Shown one piece after another: positions 31,161 through 40,908 of a stretch of DNA of 64,000 nucleotides (positions are counted from its first letter, which is position 1; the number at the start of each line of letters is the position of its first letter). Below the pieces are notes generated by a model. The model was given only the letters and a program-made list of their open reading frames with translations, did not search any database and was not told where the DNA came from. Source of the stretch: Isosphaeraceae bacterium. GTDB lineage: Bacteria > Planctomycetota > Planctomycetia > Isosphaerales > Isosphaeraceae. The DNA lies in NCBI GenBank assembly GCA_965201075.1, contig CBDAVP010000011.1, positions 124,001 to 188,000 of the forward strand, written 5' to 3'. Position numbers and translations under genes: made by a program.

Positions 31161-33083
31161 ATGTCGAGCGCCAGTGAGAGCGAGACCGAAACCGCCGCCG
31201 CCAACGTCGGGGCAGGCCCACAAGAGTTCGCCTTCCAGGCCGAAATCAAGCAACTGCTTCACCTGTTGTCGCATTCGCTCTATCAGAGCCGGGAGATTGC
31301 TCTCCGCGAGTTGATCTCCAACGCCTCCGACGCGCTGGACAAGATGCGCCACGTCGGACTGGTCGACCCATCGAAACGCGACCCGGCCCCTCTGGAAATC
31401 CTGGTCGAGGGGACGCCGGACGGTCCGACCCTGACGATCCGCGACAACGGCGTCGGCATGACCCGGGAGGAGTTGGTCCGCAACCTCGGCACGATCGCCC
31501 ACAGCGGTTCTCGCGAGTTCCTCCAGGGGTTGGCCGCCTCGGGAGAGTCGCCCCAGAAGGCCGAGGTTTCGCTGATCGGCCAGTTCGGCGTCGGGTTCTA
31601 TGCCGCGTTCATGATCGCCGACAGCGTCACCGTCCGCACCCGATCTTACAACGAGGACCGGGGTTGGGAGTGGCAGTCGGACGGGTCCGGGGCGTTCCGG
31701 GTCAGCCCGATCGCCCGAGACGCCCGAGGGACCGAGGTGATTCTCCACCTCAAGGACGACGCCAAGGAGTTCGCCGACGACTTCCGCCTCAAGGGGGTCA
31801 TCCGTCGCTATTCCAGCTTCGTCCCTCACCCGATCAAGGTCGGCGGCGAGGTGGTCAACGACCAGAAACCGATCTGGGTCGAGCCCAAGGCCCAGGTCAC
31901 CGACGAGCAGTACCGCCAGTTCTACCAGCACCTGACCCATCACGCCGACGAATCTCCCCTGTGGCACCTGCACCTGGCGGCCGACTCGCCGATCCAGTTC
32001 CAGGCGATCCTGTATTGCCCGCCCACCAACCTCGAACGCCTGGGGTTGGGACGGATCGACCACGGGTTAAGCCTCTGCGCCAAACGGGTTTTGGTCCAGT
32101 CGGATTGTCGCGACCTCCTACCCGACTACCTGCGATTCCTCCACGGACTGGTCGATAGCGAGGACTTGCCGCTGAACGTTTCGCGGGAGACGCTACAGGA
32201 CAACACGGTCATCCGCCGCATCCGGACGTCGCTGGTCAAGGGGGTGCTCGACCGCCTCACCAAGTTGGCCGAGGAGTCGCCCGCCGAATATCTGACGTTC
32301 TTTGAACAGTTCGGCAACGGGCTGAAGGAAGGCATCCTCCGCGACTTCGCCAATCGCGAACGCCTGGCGAAGCTGCTCCGGTTCGCCTCATCCCGCGCCG
32401 AGAAGCCCGGCCAGCCCACCTCCCTCGATGAGTACGTCAAGCGATCGGCCGAGGGGCAGACCCGCATCTATTACCTGGGTGGGCCGGACCTGGGGTCGAT
32501 CCGCAAGAGCCCGAACCTGGAGGTGTTCCGTCGTCGCGGGGTGGAAGTCCTCTACCTGACTGACCCGATCGACGAATTCGTGATGGCGGATCTGGGGAGT
32601 TTCGACGGGAAGGCTCTGACGTCGGTCGACGCGGCGAACCTCGACCTGCCCGGCGAAGACCCGAGACCGGCCTCGGAGGACGCGGGCGGGCTCGGTCGCC
32701 TGATTGAGCTGTTCCGCAAGGCGCTGGGCGACCGAGTGGCGGAGGTGCGGGAGTCGAAGCGGTTGACCGAGAGCCCCTGCTGTTTGGTCAACGCCGAGGG
32801 GGGCCCCACGGTCCAGATGCAGCGCGTCCTGCGAATGGCCCAGCAGGACGTTCCCGCGGTGGCCCGCATTTTGGAGATCAACCCGGACGCGCCCTTGATC
32901 CGCAAGCTGGCCAGTCTGTCGGCCAACCCCGAACAGGACGCCTTCGTTTCCCGGTGCGCCCTCCAGCTTTGGGCCAACGCCCAGGCACTGGAAGGCACCT
33001 TCGCCGACCCGGAGGAGGCGGTGACGCGGATTCAGGCATTCATGGAGGAGGCCGCGAGTCAGCGGTCGCCCATCGTCCAGTAA
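31161..33083 (+). CDS. htpG: Molecular chaperone HtpG (Hsp90)
   Basis: FQAEIKQLL, LRELISNASDA, IRDNGVGM, NLGTIAHSG, IGQFGVGFY and DLPLNVSRE motifs. Confidence 0.97.
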   Translation: MSSASESETETAAANVGAGPQEFAFQAEIKQLLHLLSHSLYQSREIALRELISNASDALDKMRHVGLVDPSKRDPAPLEILVEGTPDGPTLTIRDNGVGMTREELVRNLGTIAHSGSREFLQGLAASGESPQKAEVSLIGQFGVGFYAAFMIADSVTVRTRSYNEDRGWEWQSDGSGAFRVSPIARDARGTEVILHLKDDAKEFADDFRLKGVIRRYSSFVPHPIKVGGEVVNDQKPIWVEPKAQVTDEQYRQFYQHLTHHADESPLWHLHLAADSPIQFQAILYCPPTNLERLGLGRIDHGLSLCAKRVLVQSDCRDLLPDYLRFLHGLVDSEDLPLNVSRETLQDNTVIRRIRTSLVKGVLDRLTKLAEESPAEYLTFFEQFGNGLKEGILRDFANRERLAKLLRFASSRAEKPGQPTSLDEYVKRSAEGQTRIYYLGGPDLGSIRKSPNLEVFRRRGVEVLYLTDPIDEFVMADLGSFDGKALTSVDAANLDLPGEDPRPASEDAGGLGRLIELFRKALGDRVAEVRESKRLTESPCCLVNAEGGPTVQMQRVLRMAQQDVPAVARILEINPDAPLIRKLASLSANPEQDAFVSRCALQLWANAQALEGTFADPEEAVTRIQAFMEEAASQRSPIVQ

Positions 33084-33090
33084 CGCAACC

Positions 33091-33121
33091 GGACCCGGCC
33101 GGGGGGATCCCCGCCGGGTCC
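33091..33121 (+). terminator. GC hairpin after htpG
   Basis: GGACCCGGC...GCCGGGTCC stem just after the stop; no clear U tract. Confidence 0.45.
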
Positions 33122-33315
33122 ATGCTCGCGGGCACGGCCAGGAAGCCTTGGTCGATGACGTGGATCACCGACTCGACCCGCCCGCACAGGGCCTCGGCCT
33201 GGCTCTTGATGTTCCGCGAGCGGAAATCCGCCTTATGCGTACTTCCCGATCCCTGTACGTCCGCTGCAAGCGGTGCTGTGATGGATTTGTGACGGGTTGC
33301 CGATGGGGCGCATGG

Positions 33316-33347
33316 AAAAGGGGCCACGGCTTTCGCCGTAACCCCTT
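33316..33347 (-). terminator. Terminator after tRNA-Glu
   Basis: AAGGGGTTACGGC-GAAA-GCCGTGGCCCC-TTTT on the minus strand. Confidence 0.6.
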
Positions 33348-33361
33348 GCTCCCTTTCGGGA

Positions 33362-33434
33362 TACCCCCACGGGGACTCGAACCCCGGTCCCTAGGCTGAG
33401 AACCTAGTATCCTAGGCCACTAGACGATGGGGGC
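33362..33434 (-). tRNA. tRNA-Glu (CTC)
   Basis: Reverse complement GCCCCCATCGTCTAGTGGCCTAGGA...CTAGG-TTCTCAG-CCTAG...GGTTCGAGTCCCCGTGGGGGTA. Confidence 0.96.
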
Positions 33435-33611
33435 GAAGGCTTGGTGGACAGGGGTAATTTAGCATTGGGGCTTTGGGCGTGTCAAGTTCGGCGCGACGTC
33501 GAGGTCGCTTCGGGGATCGCTTGGGGCCGGGCGTTGGGGTATAACCGGCGAGTCGGGTGATGATCGGGCATGGTCGTGCGTCCGGTCTTGTGGGATTGCC
33601 GAGGGTTTGGA

Positions 33612-34433
33612 ATGCCAAAGGTCTTCGCCAACGGTCGCGACCTGTTCTATGCCGAGGCTGGCGACGGCGATCCGTTGCTTTTCCTCAGCGGTCTGGGTGG
33701 GGACCATCGCGCGTTCGCCGTGGCGGTTCGCCAGTTCTCGACTCGGTTTCGGGCGCTGGCCGTCGATTCGCGGGATGTGGGTCAGAGTGACCGGGCCGAT
33801 GGGAGTTACTCGACGGCCGACATGGCCGATGATGTGGCCGGGTTTCTTGCGGCGTTGGGCTTGCCGGCGGCTCATGTGGTGGGACATTCCCTGGGGGGCC
33901 TGGTGGCCCAGGAACTGGCGTTGCGGCATCCGGCCTCGGTCCGCTCGTTGGTGCTGGCCTCGACTCATGGCGGGGCCGATCCCTGGCGGCGGGCGGTACT
34001 GGAGTCGTGGGTGACCTTGCGACATGCCCTTTCCCCCGCCGAGTTCACCCAGGCGACCTTGCCGTGGTTGGTGGCTCCGGCCTTCTACAAGGTTCCGGGC
34101 CAGGTGGAAGGCCTGGTGCGGTTCGCCGAGCGCAACCCCTGGCCCCAGGAGGCTGAGGCGTATGCTCGGCAGGCTCGGGCGGCGGTGGGGCATCGGACCC
34201 TGGATCGTCTGGGAGCCGTGAGAGTTCCGGCTCTGGTGCTGGTGGGTGAACTGGATCTGGTGAACTCTCCGACCATAAGCCGAGAACTGGCCGAGGCGTT
34301 GCCGGCGGCCAGGCAGGAGGTGTTGCCCGGCATCGGCCACCTGCCACACATTGAGGACGGGACCGGCTTCCGAGGCGCCATCGCGCGGTTTCTGGGTGTC
34401 GAGGCCCCGCGGGCCGGCGGGGGGGAGGATTGA
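33612..34433 (+). CDS. Alpha/beta fold hydrolase
   Basis: GHSLGG nucleophile elbow, LVLVGELD and GHLPHIE motifs. Confidence 0.92.
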   Translation: MPKVFANGRDLFYAEAGDGDPLLFLSGLGGDHRAFAVAVRQFSTRFRALAVDSRDVGQSDRADGSYSTADMADDVAGFLAALGLPAAHVVGHSLGGLVAQELALRHPASVRSLVLASTHGGADPWRRAVLESWVTLRHALSPAEFTQATLPWLVAPAFYKVPGQVEGLVRFAERNPWPQEAEAYARQARAAVGHRTLDRLGAVRVPALVLVGELDLVNSPTISRELAEALPAARQEVLPGIGHLPHIEDGTGFRGAIARFLGVEAPRAGGGED

Positions 34434-34437
34434 TCGC

Positions 34438-34671
34438 GTGGCGACCGACGACGAATTGAAGCGGGCCTACAAGGCGTTCAAGAAGCGGATGAAACTCACC
34501 CGGCTCGATGACGAGTCGGGCTTGAGTCCGGGTAGCAAACGGTCGGGGATCACTGGCATCACCCCACCCAATGGGTTCCCGGCCGGAATCTGGGAGGAAC
34601 TGGTGGCCCAGGGAAAGCTGAAACGGGAGATGGGCGGGACTTACTCCATGACCAACCCGTCCCCGTCGTGA
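34438..34671 (+). CDS. Small hypothetical protein (77 aa)
   Basis: GTG start with GGAGG; ELKRAYKAFKKRMKLTRLDDES...WEELVAQGKL; packed between its neighbours with a GTGA overlap. Confidence 0.75.
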   Translation: MATDDELKRAYKAFKKRMKLTRLDDESGLSPGSKRSGITGITPPNGFPAGIWEELVAQGKLKREMGGTYSMTNPSPS

Positions 34672-35882
34672 AGGATCGGGCGGAATACGGGTTTCGCGCG
34701 ACCCTTGGCGCCGCCACGCTGCTGATGCTGGCGGTGTCGTGGCCACTTTGGGTCCAGGGGGGGACGTTCCCGAGGGTACCGTTCGTTTCGGGATGGCCGG
34801 TGCCCTCTGTTGGAATCTCATGGGCGGTCTTCGGTATCTTGCTGGTGGCCGTGGGGCTGGGAGTGGTTTCTCGGGCGGCGTGCGGAGTTTCGGCGGTGCT
34901 GCTGGCGGGTCTGGTCGCCGGAGATCAGAATCGGTTTCAGCCGTGGGTCTATCAGTATGTGCTGGCGTCGCTGGCGTTCGCGACGGCTCCGAGCGGTCGT
35001 GCGGCGGGCCCTTGCCGGTTGGTGATGATCGCGATGTATGGTCACTCGGGACTGGCCAAGCTAGATGCGTCGTTCTGCCAGGAATTGGGTCCTCAGTTCC
35101 TGGCCGTTGGGTTGGGTCGGTTGGGGATGGATCCGCGGCAGTGGGCGCCGTGGGGGATTACCGCGGGGTCGCTCCTGATGCCTTTGGTGGAACTGGCGAT
35201 CGCGGCGGGACTGGCGTGGGGGCCGACTCGTCGGGCGTCGCTGGTTGGGGCGGTTGGGCTTCATGTTGCGTTGATGGGCGTGCTTGGTCCTTGGGGGTTG
35301 GATCATAGCCTGATCGTACTGGTCTGGAATGGGGCGTTGATCGTCGAGGTCGTGACCCTTTTCGGCGGTCGGATCGGGACGCTGGGGGTGGGCCGAAGGG
35401 TGGGCGGGGCGGCGAGCGTCGTGGCCGCGTTGTTGCCTTTTGGCGAGCGTTGGGGTGCCTGCGACCCGTGGCCGGCGTTTGCTCTCTATGCCAGCCATGT
35501 GGGTCGCGTCGAGGTTGGGGTGCCGGCAGGGTTGTTGAGGACCTTGCCGGTGGTGGCCCGGCCGTTTGTCTCTGGAGAGGGACCCTGGCGGACGCTGGAT
35601 CTCACGGCCTGGAGCCGAGCGGAACGCGGAGTGCCGATTTATCCGGGAGGCCGGGCCGCGCTGGGCGTGGCGTGGGCCCTGGCTGAGTCGCGGCCCGGGG
35701 CGAGGGTTGTCCTTTGGGGGCCGGCGAGTCGTTGGACGGGCCGGCGCTCCCGGGAGGTGGCCATTGGCCTCGCCGAGATTCGGGCGTTGGGTGGCCACTT
35801 TCGTTTGTCTTCGCGGCCGGCGAGGATCTTCGGGCCGTCGGGCACGCCGGATGCGAGACGTGGCGGGACCTTGTTGGATTGA
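34668..35882 (+). CDS. Polytopic membrane protein (HTTM/DoxX-like)
   Basis: Multiple TM segments; DQNRFQPWVYQ and YGHSGLAKL motifs. Confidence 0.7.
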   Translation: MKDRAEYGFRATLGAATLLMLAVSWPLWVQGGTFPRVPFVSGWPVPSVGISWAVFGILLVAVGLGVVSRAACGVSAVLLAGLVAGDQNRFQPWVYQYVLASLAFATAPSGRAAGPCRLVMIAMYGHSGLAKLDASFCQELGPQFLAVGLGRLGMDPRQWAPWGITAGSLLMPLVELAIAAGLAWGPTRRASLVGAVGLHVALMGVLGPWGLDHSLIVLVWNGALIVEVVTLFGGRIGTLGVGRRVGGAASVVAALLPFGERWGACDPWPAFALYASHVGRVEVGVPAGLLRTLPVVARPFVSGEGPWRTLDLTAWSRAERGVPIYPGGRAALGVAWALAESRPGARVVLWGPASRWTGRRSREVAIGLAEIRALGGHFRLSSRPARIFGPSGTPDARRGGTLLD

Positions 35883-35901
35883 AGAGGGGGAGAGACTGGC
35901 C

Positions 35902-37566
35902 ATGCGGTTGCCTCGTCGGAGCGGAATTCTGTTGCATCCCACGTCCCTGCCGGGACGGTTCGGCATTGGCGACCTCGGTCCTGGTTCCGATGCGTTCGTT
36001 GACTTTCTGGCCGAGACGGGCCAGGGGTGGTGGCAAATCCTCCCTCTGGGGCCGACCGGCCACGGTCACTCTCCTTACCAGTCGCATTCCTCGATCGCTG
36101 GCAACCGGATGCTCATCAGCCCGGAGTTGCTGGCCGAGGATGGCTTGCTGACGCCCGAGGACTGGCGAGGACTGCCCGAGTTCGCCGACGACTTCGTGGA
36201 CTTCGACACGGTCGGTGTCGTCAAGGATGCGTTGTTCCGGATCGCGTTCGGACGGTTCGACATCGAGCGGAGCGATTACCTGGCGTTCACCCGGCAGGCC
36301 GCTGACTGGCTGGACGACTTTGCCCTGTACGTTGTTCTGAAGGCGGCGCATGGCGGGCGGTCGTGGAATGACTGGGAACCGGACCTGGCGTCGAGACGGC
36401 CCGAGGCTCTGTTGACGGCGAGGCGGGACCACGCGGATGAGATCGCTTACCAGAAGTTTCTCCAGTTCGCTTTCGCCCATCAGTGGCATCGTCTGCGGGG
36501 CCGTTGCCGGGAGCGGGAAATTGGGTTGATTGGGGATCTGCCGATCTTCGTGTCGCAGGATAGCGCGGACGTTTGGACGCGGCCGGACCTGTTTGAACTG
36601 GACGATTGGGGACGGCCGACGCACGTGGCGGGGGTTCCTCCCGACTATTTCAGCGAGACCGGACAACTTTGGGGGAATCCGCTGTATCGATGGGATGCGT
36701 TGGCGGCGGAGGGGTTCGCCTGGTGGATTGCTCGGCTGCGAGGGACGACCGACCGGGTGGACCTCGTGCGGTTGGATCACTTCCGGGGGTTTGAGGCGTA
36801 CTGGTCGGTGCCGGCCGGGGAGCCCACGGCGGTGAATGGGGAGTGGCGGGTTGCGCCCGGGGCCGAGTTCTTGACGGCGGTCCGCCGGGCGATGGGGGGT
36901 TTGCCGTTGATCGCCGAGGATCTGGGCGCGATCACTCCGGAGGTTGAGCGGCTGCGAGACGAGGCGGGTTTGCCGGGGATGCGGGTGCTTCAGTTCGCCT
37001 TTGGGGACGATGACAAGGCGGCCGATTACCTTCCCTGCCACTACATTCCCCACTGCGTGGTTTACACGGGAACCCACGATAACGATACGACCGTGGGTTG
37101 GTTTCACGGCTCGGAGGGGAACACGACCCAGGCGCCGGAGATCATCGCGGCGGAGCGGAATTTTGTCCGCCGCTACCTGGGGACCTCGGGCGAGCGGATT
37201 CACTGGGACCTGATTCGCCTGGCGCTGAACTCGGTGGCGGATACGGCGATCCTCCCGCTTCAGGATGTGCTGGGTCTGGGAAGCGAAGCCCGGATGAATG
37301 TTCCCGGCCGTGCGGAGGGGAACTGGGCCTGGAGGTTTCCACCCGGCGAACTGAACGGGGAAGTTCGCGGCAGGCTGGCCGACCTGACGGCCGTTTATGA
37401 CCGCTGGAATGGCGATGAAGTTCCCGTCCACCTTCATCGATTGTCGTCCGAGGCTCGGGCAGCCAAGGCTCGCCAGGTCAAAGGGACCCCGCCGCCGACG
37501 CAGATTCTCGAAGCGGACCAGTCGACCACCGGCGAGGAGCCGGGAACTCTTCCTTTCCTCCCCTGA
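35902..37566 (+). CDS. malQ: 4-alpha-glucanotransferase (GH77)
   Basis: GILLHPTSLP, WQILPLGP, GDLPIFV, GQLWGNPLY, RLDHFRG, IAEDLG and YTGTHDN motifs. Confidence 0.97.
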   Translation: MRLPRRSGILLHPTSLPGRFGIGDLGPGSDAFVDFLAETGQGWWQILPLGPTGHGHSPYQSHSSIAGNRMLISPELLAEDGLLTPEDWRGLPEFADDFVDFDTVGVVKDALFRIAFGRFDIERSDYLAFTRQAADWLDDFALYVVLKAAHGGRSWNDWEPDLASRRPEALLTARRDHADEIAYQKFLQFAFAHQWHRLRGRCREREIGLIGDLPIFVSQDSADVWTRPDLFELDDWGRPTHVAGVPPDYFSETGQLWGNPLYRWDALAAEGFAWWIARLRGTTDRVDLVRLDHFRGFEAYWSVPAGEPTAVNGEWRVAPGAEFLTAVRRAMGGLPLIAEDLGAITPEVERLRDEAGLPGMRVLQFAFGDDDKAADYLPCHYIPHCVVYTGTHDNDTTVGWFHGSEGNTTQAPEIIAAERNFVRRYLGTSGERIHWDLIRLALNSVADTAILPLQDVLGLGSEARMNVPGRAEGNWAWRFPPGELNGEVRGRLADLTAVYDRWNGDEVPVHLHRLSSEARAAKARQVKGTPPPTQILEADQSTTGEEPGTLPFLP

Positions 37567-37697
37567 GCGGCCGATCGCGAACCTTGAAATGGCGAGTGGG
37601 GTTGTTGATGGGCGCGTGGGGGCTCGGTCCTGGGCGCGGGGGCTCGCGGCCGAGTTCCGTTGGGGGCGAATTGTCAAGGAGCGTGGGGGCGGTCAGG

Positions 37698-38012
37698 CAG
37701 GGCCCTTTCGTTCTCGCTTTGGGTGGACCAATGGGGACTGGCTCTACCCGTTCTCCGCCGTCGCCTGTCCCCTTTCGCCGACTGATTTTCCTGCCACGCC
37801 GCCCACCGAGCCTCGCAATGGGGGACAGGCACCCGCGGAGTACCGCCGGAGCCAGTCCCCGATTGCGAGGCCAATGGAGAAATCCACGGCCCTGGGCACT
37901 TGATGTCCCTGCCAGGCCGCCCACCGAGCCCCGGAATGGGGGATAGGCCCCCGCGGAGTACCGCCGGAGCCAGTCCCCGATTGCGAGGCCAATGGAGAAA
38001 TCCACGGCCCTG
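37698..38012 (-). mobile_element. MITE copy 2 (197-bp unit plus a 118-bp duplicated end)
   Basis: CAGGGCC...GGCCCTG; perfect 10-bp duplication GGCGGTCAGG at 37688-37697 and 38013-38022; an internal extra end closes at 37894. Confidence 0.92.
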
Positions 38013-38025
38013 GGCGGTCAGGGCT

Positions 38026-39021
38026 TCAAGCGCGTCGGCGTTTGGGATGGGTTTTGGGACGGGAACTGGGGGGTTCCGGGGGGTTGGGCCCGGGTTGGGG
38101 AGTCGGCGCGGTCGGCGAGGGGTGGGACGTGGACCAGGAGGGGGACGCGGCGACCGCTGGCGGGTTGGGTTCGCGAGGGGTTAGCGGCTCGGCCGAACTG
38201 GTTCGGTTGGGTTGGTAGGGAATGTCGTTCTTCCACTCGCCGGGGATGTAGGCCGGCAGGTCGTTTCGGTCGACCGGGCGGGGGTCGGGGCGGGAGGTCT
38301 TGAACTGGGAGCGAGTCCAGGCCAGGCGACGTTCGGCCTGGCGCTGGACCTTGCGCACGGCGGCGAGTTCGGGAGGTTCGGGGCCGAGGCCGAGAGATTG
38401 CGCGTGTCGCATCCGTTCGTCAAGCGGTTGGAGGAGGGCGGCGAGTTCCTTGTGACGTTGAATTTCGGTTTCGGCCACGCGTCGGAGGTGTTCCGGGAGC
38501 GTTTCGGGGTCATCATCGGGCGGATCGAGGGGCGTTACGCCGTCTCGGAAGTCGGGCGGGACGTTCAGAAGGTTCATCGCCTGGAGTCGGTGGGACTCGG
38601 TCCAGCCCCCTCGTTTTTCGAGAGTGGCCAGGAGCGATTCCCAGCGGCGGGCGATGACCAGGCAGCCCTGGGCGAATTTGCGGAGGGAGGCGAGGGCTCG
38701 GGCGGGGTGGCGGGAAAGGCTGGAGGCGAGAAGTTCGGCGTGGTCTCGCTGTTGTTGTTCAAAGACGATGGCGATCCGTTGGGCGTGGTCATGCCTGAGG
38801 ACGATCTGGGTTTGGTGGAGGCGCTCGATTTCGAGCGTATTTCGGGCGACTTCGTGGACGAGCCAGGTTTCGTAGATGTCGAATGGTTTGAGAGAGGAGG
38901 TCCAGAAGTCGATGCGATCGTTGAGGGCGTCGGCCTCGTTTTCAGGTGTGATGATGGTGAGGCCGTGCAGGAGCGGGCGGGGGGTGGTGTGGATTTCGGT
39001 ATGGTTTTGGGATTGGGACAT
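38026..39021 (-). CDS. Hypothetical protein (helical core, Pro-rich tail) with atypical C/A-rich codons
   Basis: 331-aa part of the 38026-39504 ORF from MSQSQNH; LLHGL...LKPFDIYETWLVHEVA pattern. Flanked by two MITE copies. Confidence 0.7.
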   Translation of the reverse strand: MSQSQNHTEIHTTPRPLLHGLTIITPENEADALNDRIDFWTSSLKPFDIYETWLVHEVARNTLEIERLHQTQIVLRHDHAQRIAIVFEQQQRDHAELLASSLSRHPARALASLRKFAQGCLVIARRWESLLATLEKRGGWTESHRLQAMNLLNVPPDFRDGVTPLDPPDDDPETLPEHLRRVAETEIQRHKELAALLQPLDERMRHAQSLGLGPEPPELAAVRKVQRQAERRLAWTRSQFKTSRPDPRPVDRNDLPAYIPGEWKNDIPYQPNRTSSAEPLTPREPNPPAVAASPSWSTSHPSPTAPTPQPGPNPPEPPSSRPKTHPKRRRA

Positions 39022-39342
39022 GGGAGTTGGCTCTTTCTTGGGCGCGGTTTCCCGGTGCGTTGGGGATTGAGGGCTCCCCTCAAGGTTCACTATCGCGACC
39101 GAGGTCGGGATTGATGACGGGCAAATTCCGAATTTTGGGATTTTTCCCGAGATTGTCGCGAGAGTTGAGATGGGGGATGAGGCCCGAGTGGTTTTGAGGA
39201 GTCCTCGGGGTGGGAATTCGGTCGGGGAGCGGAGGGGGAGTTCCTTGCGGCGGGGACCTGGGCCACGCGGGAGGAGCGAGTCTTCGACCTTCCCGGCGGG
39301 TGCTGGCAACCGCCGAATCGAGCGCGACACCGGTCGAACCTC

Positions 39343-39524
39343 AAGGGCCATTTCGTTCTCACTTTGGGTGGACCAAAGGGAACTGGCTCCGGCGTTACTC
39401 CCATTCGCCGACGGATGTCCCTCGCACGCCGCCCACCGGTCCCCGGAATGGGGGTCAGGCACCCGCGGAGTACCGCCGGAGCCAGTCCCCGATTGCGAGG
39501 CCAATGGAGAAATCCACGGCCCTG
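39343..39524 (-). mobile_element. MITE copy 3 (182 bp, internally shortened)
   Basis: AAGGGCC...GGCCCTG; perfect 10-bp duplication GTCGAACCTC at 39333-39342 and 39525-39534. Confidence 0.92.
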
Positions 39525-39542
39525 GTCGAACCTCTCAGATGC

Positions 39543-39570
39543 TTGACGTGTCGGGAAATCCGGGTAGAGT
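39543..39570 (+). promoter_or_regulatory. Sigma70-type promoter of tRNA-Leu
   Basis: TTGACG-16 bp-TAGAGT, 22 bp before the tRNA. Confidence 0.5.
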
Positions 39571-39592
39571 GATTCCTTCGCGACCCCATCTT

Positions 39593-39678
39593 GCCGGAGT
39601 GGCGGAATTGGCAGACGCGCCAGCTTGAGGGGCTGGTCCGCTCACAAGCGGGTGCAGGTTCAAGTCCTGTCTCCGGCA
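39593..39678 (+). tRNA. tRNA-Leu (GAG)
   Basis: Acceptor GCCGGAG/CTCCGGC, anticodon arm CCAGC-TTGAGGG-GCTGG, long variable arm and GGTTCAAGTCC. Confidence 0.97.
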
Positions 39679-39688
39679 CTTATGGATC

Positions 39689-39722
39689 AAGGACTTGTAG
39701 CGAAAGCTCCAAGTCCTTTTTT
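39689..39722 (+). terminator. Intrinsic terminator after tRNA-Leu
   Basis: AAGGACTTG-TAGCGAAAGCTC-CAAGTCCTT followed by TTTT. Confidence 0.75.
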
Positions 39723-39909
39723 GTTGGACTGTTGGTCGGTCTCCTGACGGACGGCCCGGGATGCCCTGGTGACCTGGCCGAGGAAGAGGCGCGGGCACTC
39801 ACGGCCGGTTCCAGGCAGCTTGGATTCACGAAGAAAGTGGATCGCCGCGGGCTGGGACTCGGACGAAGGTCGAGGCGGAGGGAATTCCGAGTTAGAATTC
39901 GCGTGCCCG

Positions 39910-40908
39910 TCAATCTTCGCGAGGCGCGGCCAGGTTGACGAGCAGGCGTTCCAGAATGACCCGGGGCGGAAGACTTGAGGCGCCTTTCAGGTCGAGGTCG
40001 GCCTGGAGCAGCAGGGAAGGTAGCCGATCGACCCGGGTTGGTCCAAGGTGGGCGTGCTGCTTGCCGGTGGTCTCCTGGCCGAAGGAGTGGATTCCCGCCT
40101 CCTTGCAGGCTTCGGCCAGGTTCCTTTTGCGTCGTCGGAGTTGTCCGGCGTGATGGACCCTCATCAGAGAGGAGGCGAAGCCGGCCACCAGGCGGACTGG
40201 GGGCTCGCCGGCGGAGAGGAGGTGGTCGAGGTCGGCCAGGGCTTCGGCGGCGTGGCCGGTCGTGGCGGCTTCCAGGGTCTTCCAGATCGTTTCGACCCGG
40301 CCGGCGTTGACCATCCTGGCGACGTCGGCGTGGGCGATGGTCATGCGGTCGCCCACGTAGACGGTCAGCTTCTCGACCTCCGAGGCCAACAGGCCGGGCT
40401 CGGGCCCGACCAGCTCGACCAGGAGCCTGGCGGCGTCGGCGTCGAGCTTCACGTCCTGCCTCAGCTTCGCCAGGGCGACCAGCCATGACGGCAGTTCTCG
40501 CTCGGCCGGGGCCCTGGCGTCGATCGCCAGCCCGGTTTTCTGGGAGAGCTTGGCCAAGCGGGTGTTGGCTGGCCAGGATTTCACGGACAGGACCAGGACC
40601 CCGGAGCTTGCCGGGTGCTCGGCGTAGGTTTCCAACTCCTTGCGATACTTCGTCACGAATGGGTCGGCATCCTCGACCAAAGCGACCCGGCAGGCGGTCA
40701 GGAAGGGCAAGGTTCGGACCTCGTCGAGGACGTCGGCCAGTTTCGCCGACTCTCCCGGGAAGCGGCGGACTTCCTTGGGGTCGGCGTCGGCGCCGAGGGC
40801 CACCCGGGTGAGAGCGTGGATCACCTCGCGACGGAGGTAGGCATCGTCCCCCGAGACCGCCAGGAACGGGCGAATTTCGGGCTGGCGAAGGAACTCCAGA
40901 GCGTTCAT
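39910..40908 (-). CDS. holA: DNA polymerase III subunit delta
   Basis: VSGDDAYLR, LDEVRTLPFL, EVEKLTVY and DLDLKGAS...LERLL; 332 aa. Confidence 0.88.
   Translation of the reverse strand: MNALEFLRQPEIRPFLAVSGDDAYLRREVIHALTRVALGADADPKEVRRFPGESAKLADVLDEVRTLPFLTACRVALVEDADPFVTKYRKELETYAEHPASSGVLVLSVKSWPANTRLAKLSQKTGLAIDARAPAERELPSWLVALAKLRQDVKLDADAARLLVELVGPEPGLLASEVEKLTVYVGDRMTIAHADVARMVNAGRVETIWKTLEAATTGHAAEALADLDHLLSAGEPPVRLVAGFASSLMRVHHAGQLRRRKRNLAEACKEAGIHSFGQETTGKQHAHLGPTRVDRLPSLLLQADLDLKGASSLPPRVILERLLVNLAAPRED

Noticed and set aside
37698..39524. Composite transposon carrying the 38026-39021 gene between MITE copies 2 and 3
   Set aside because: Each copy has its own different, perfect 10-bp duplication, so they inserted independently.
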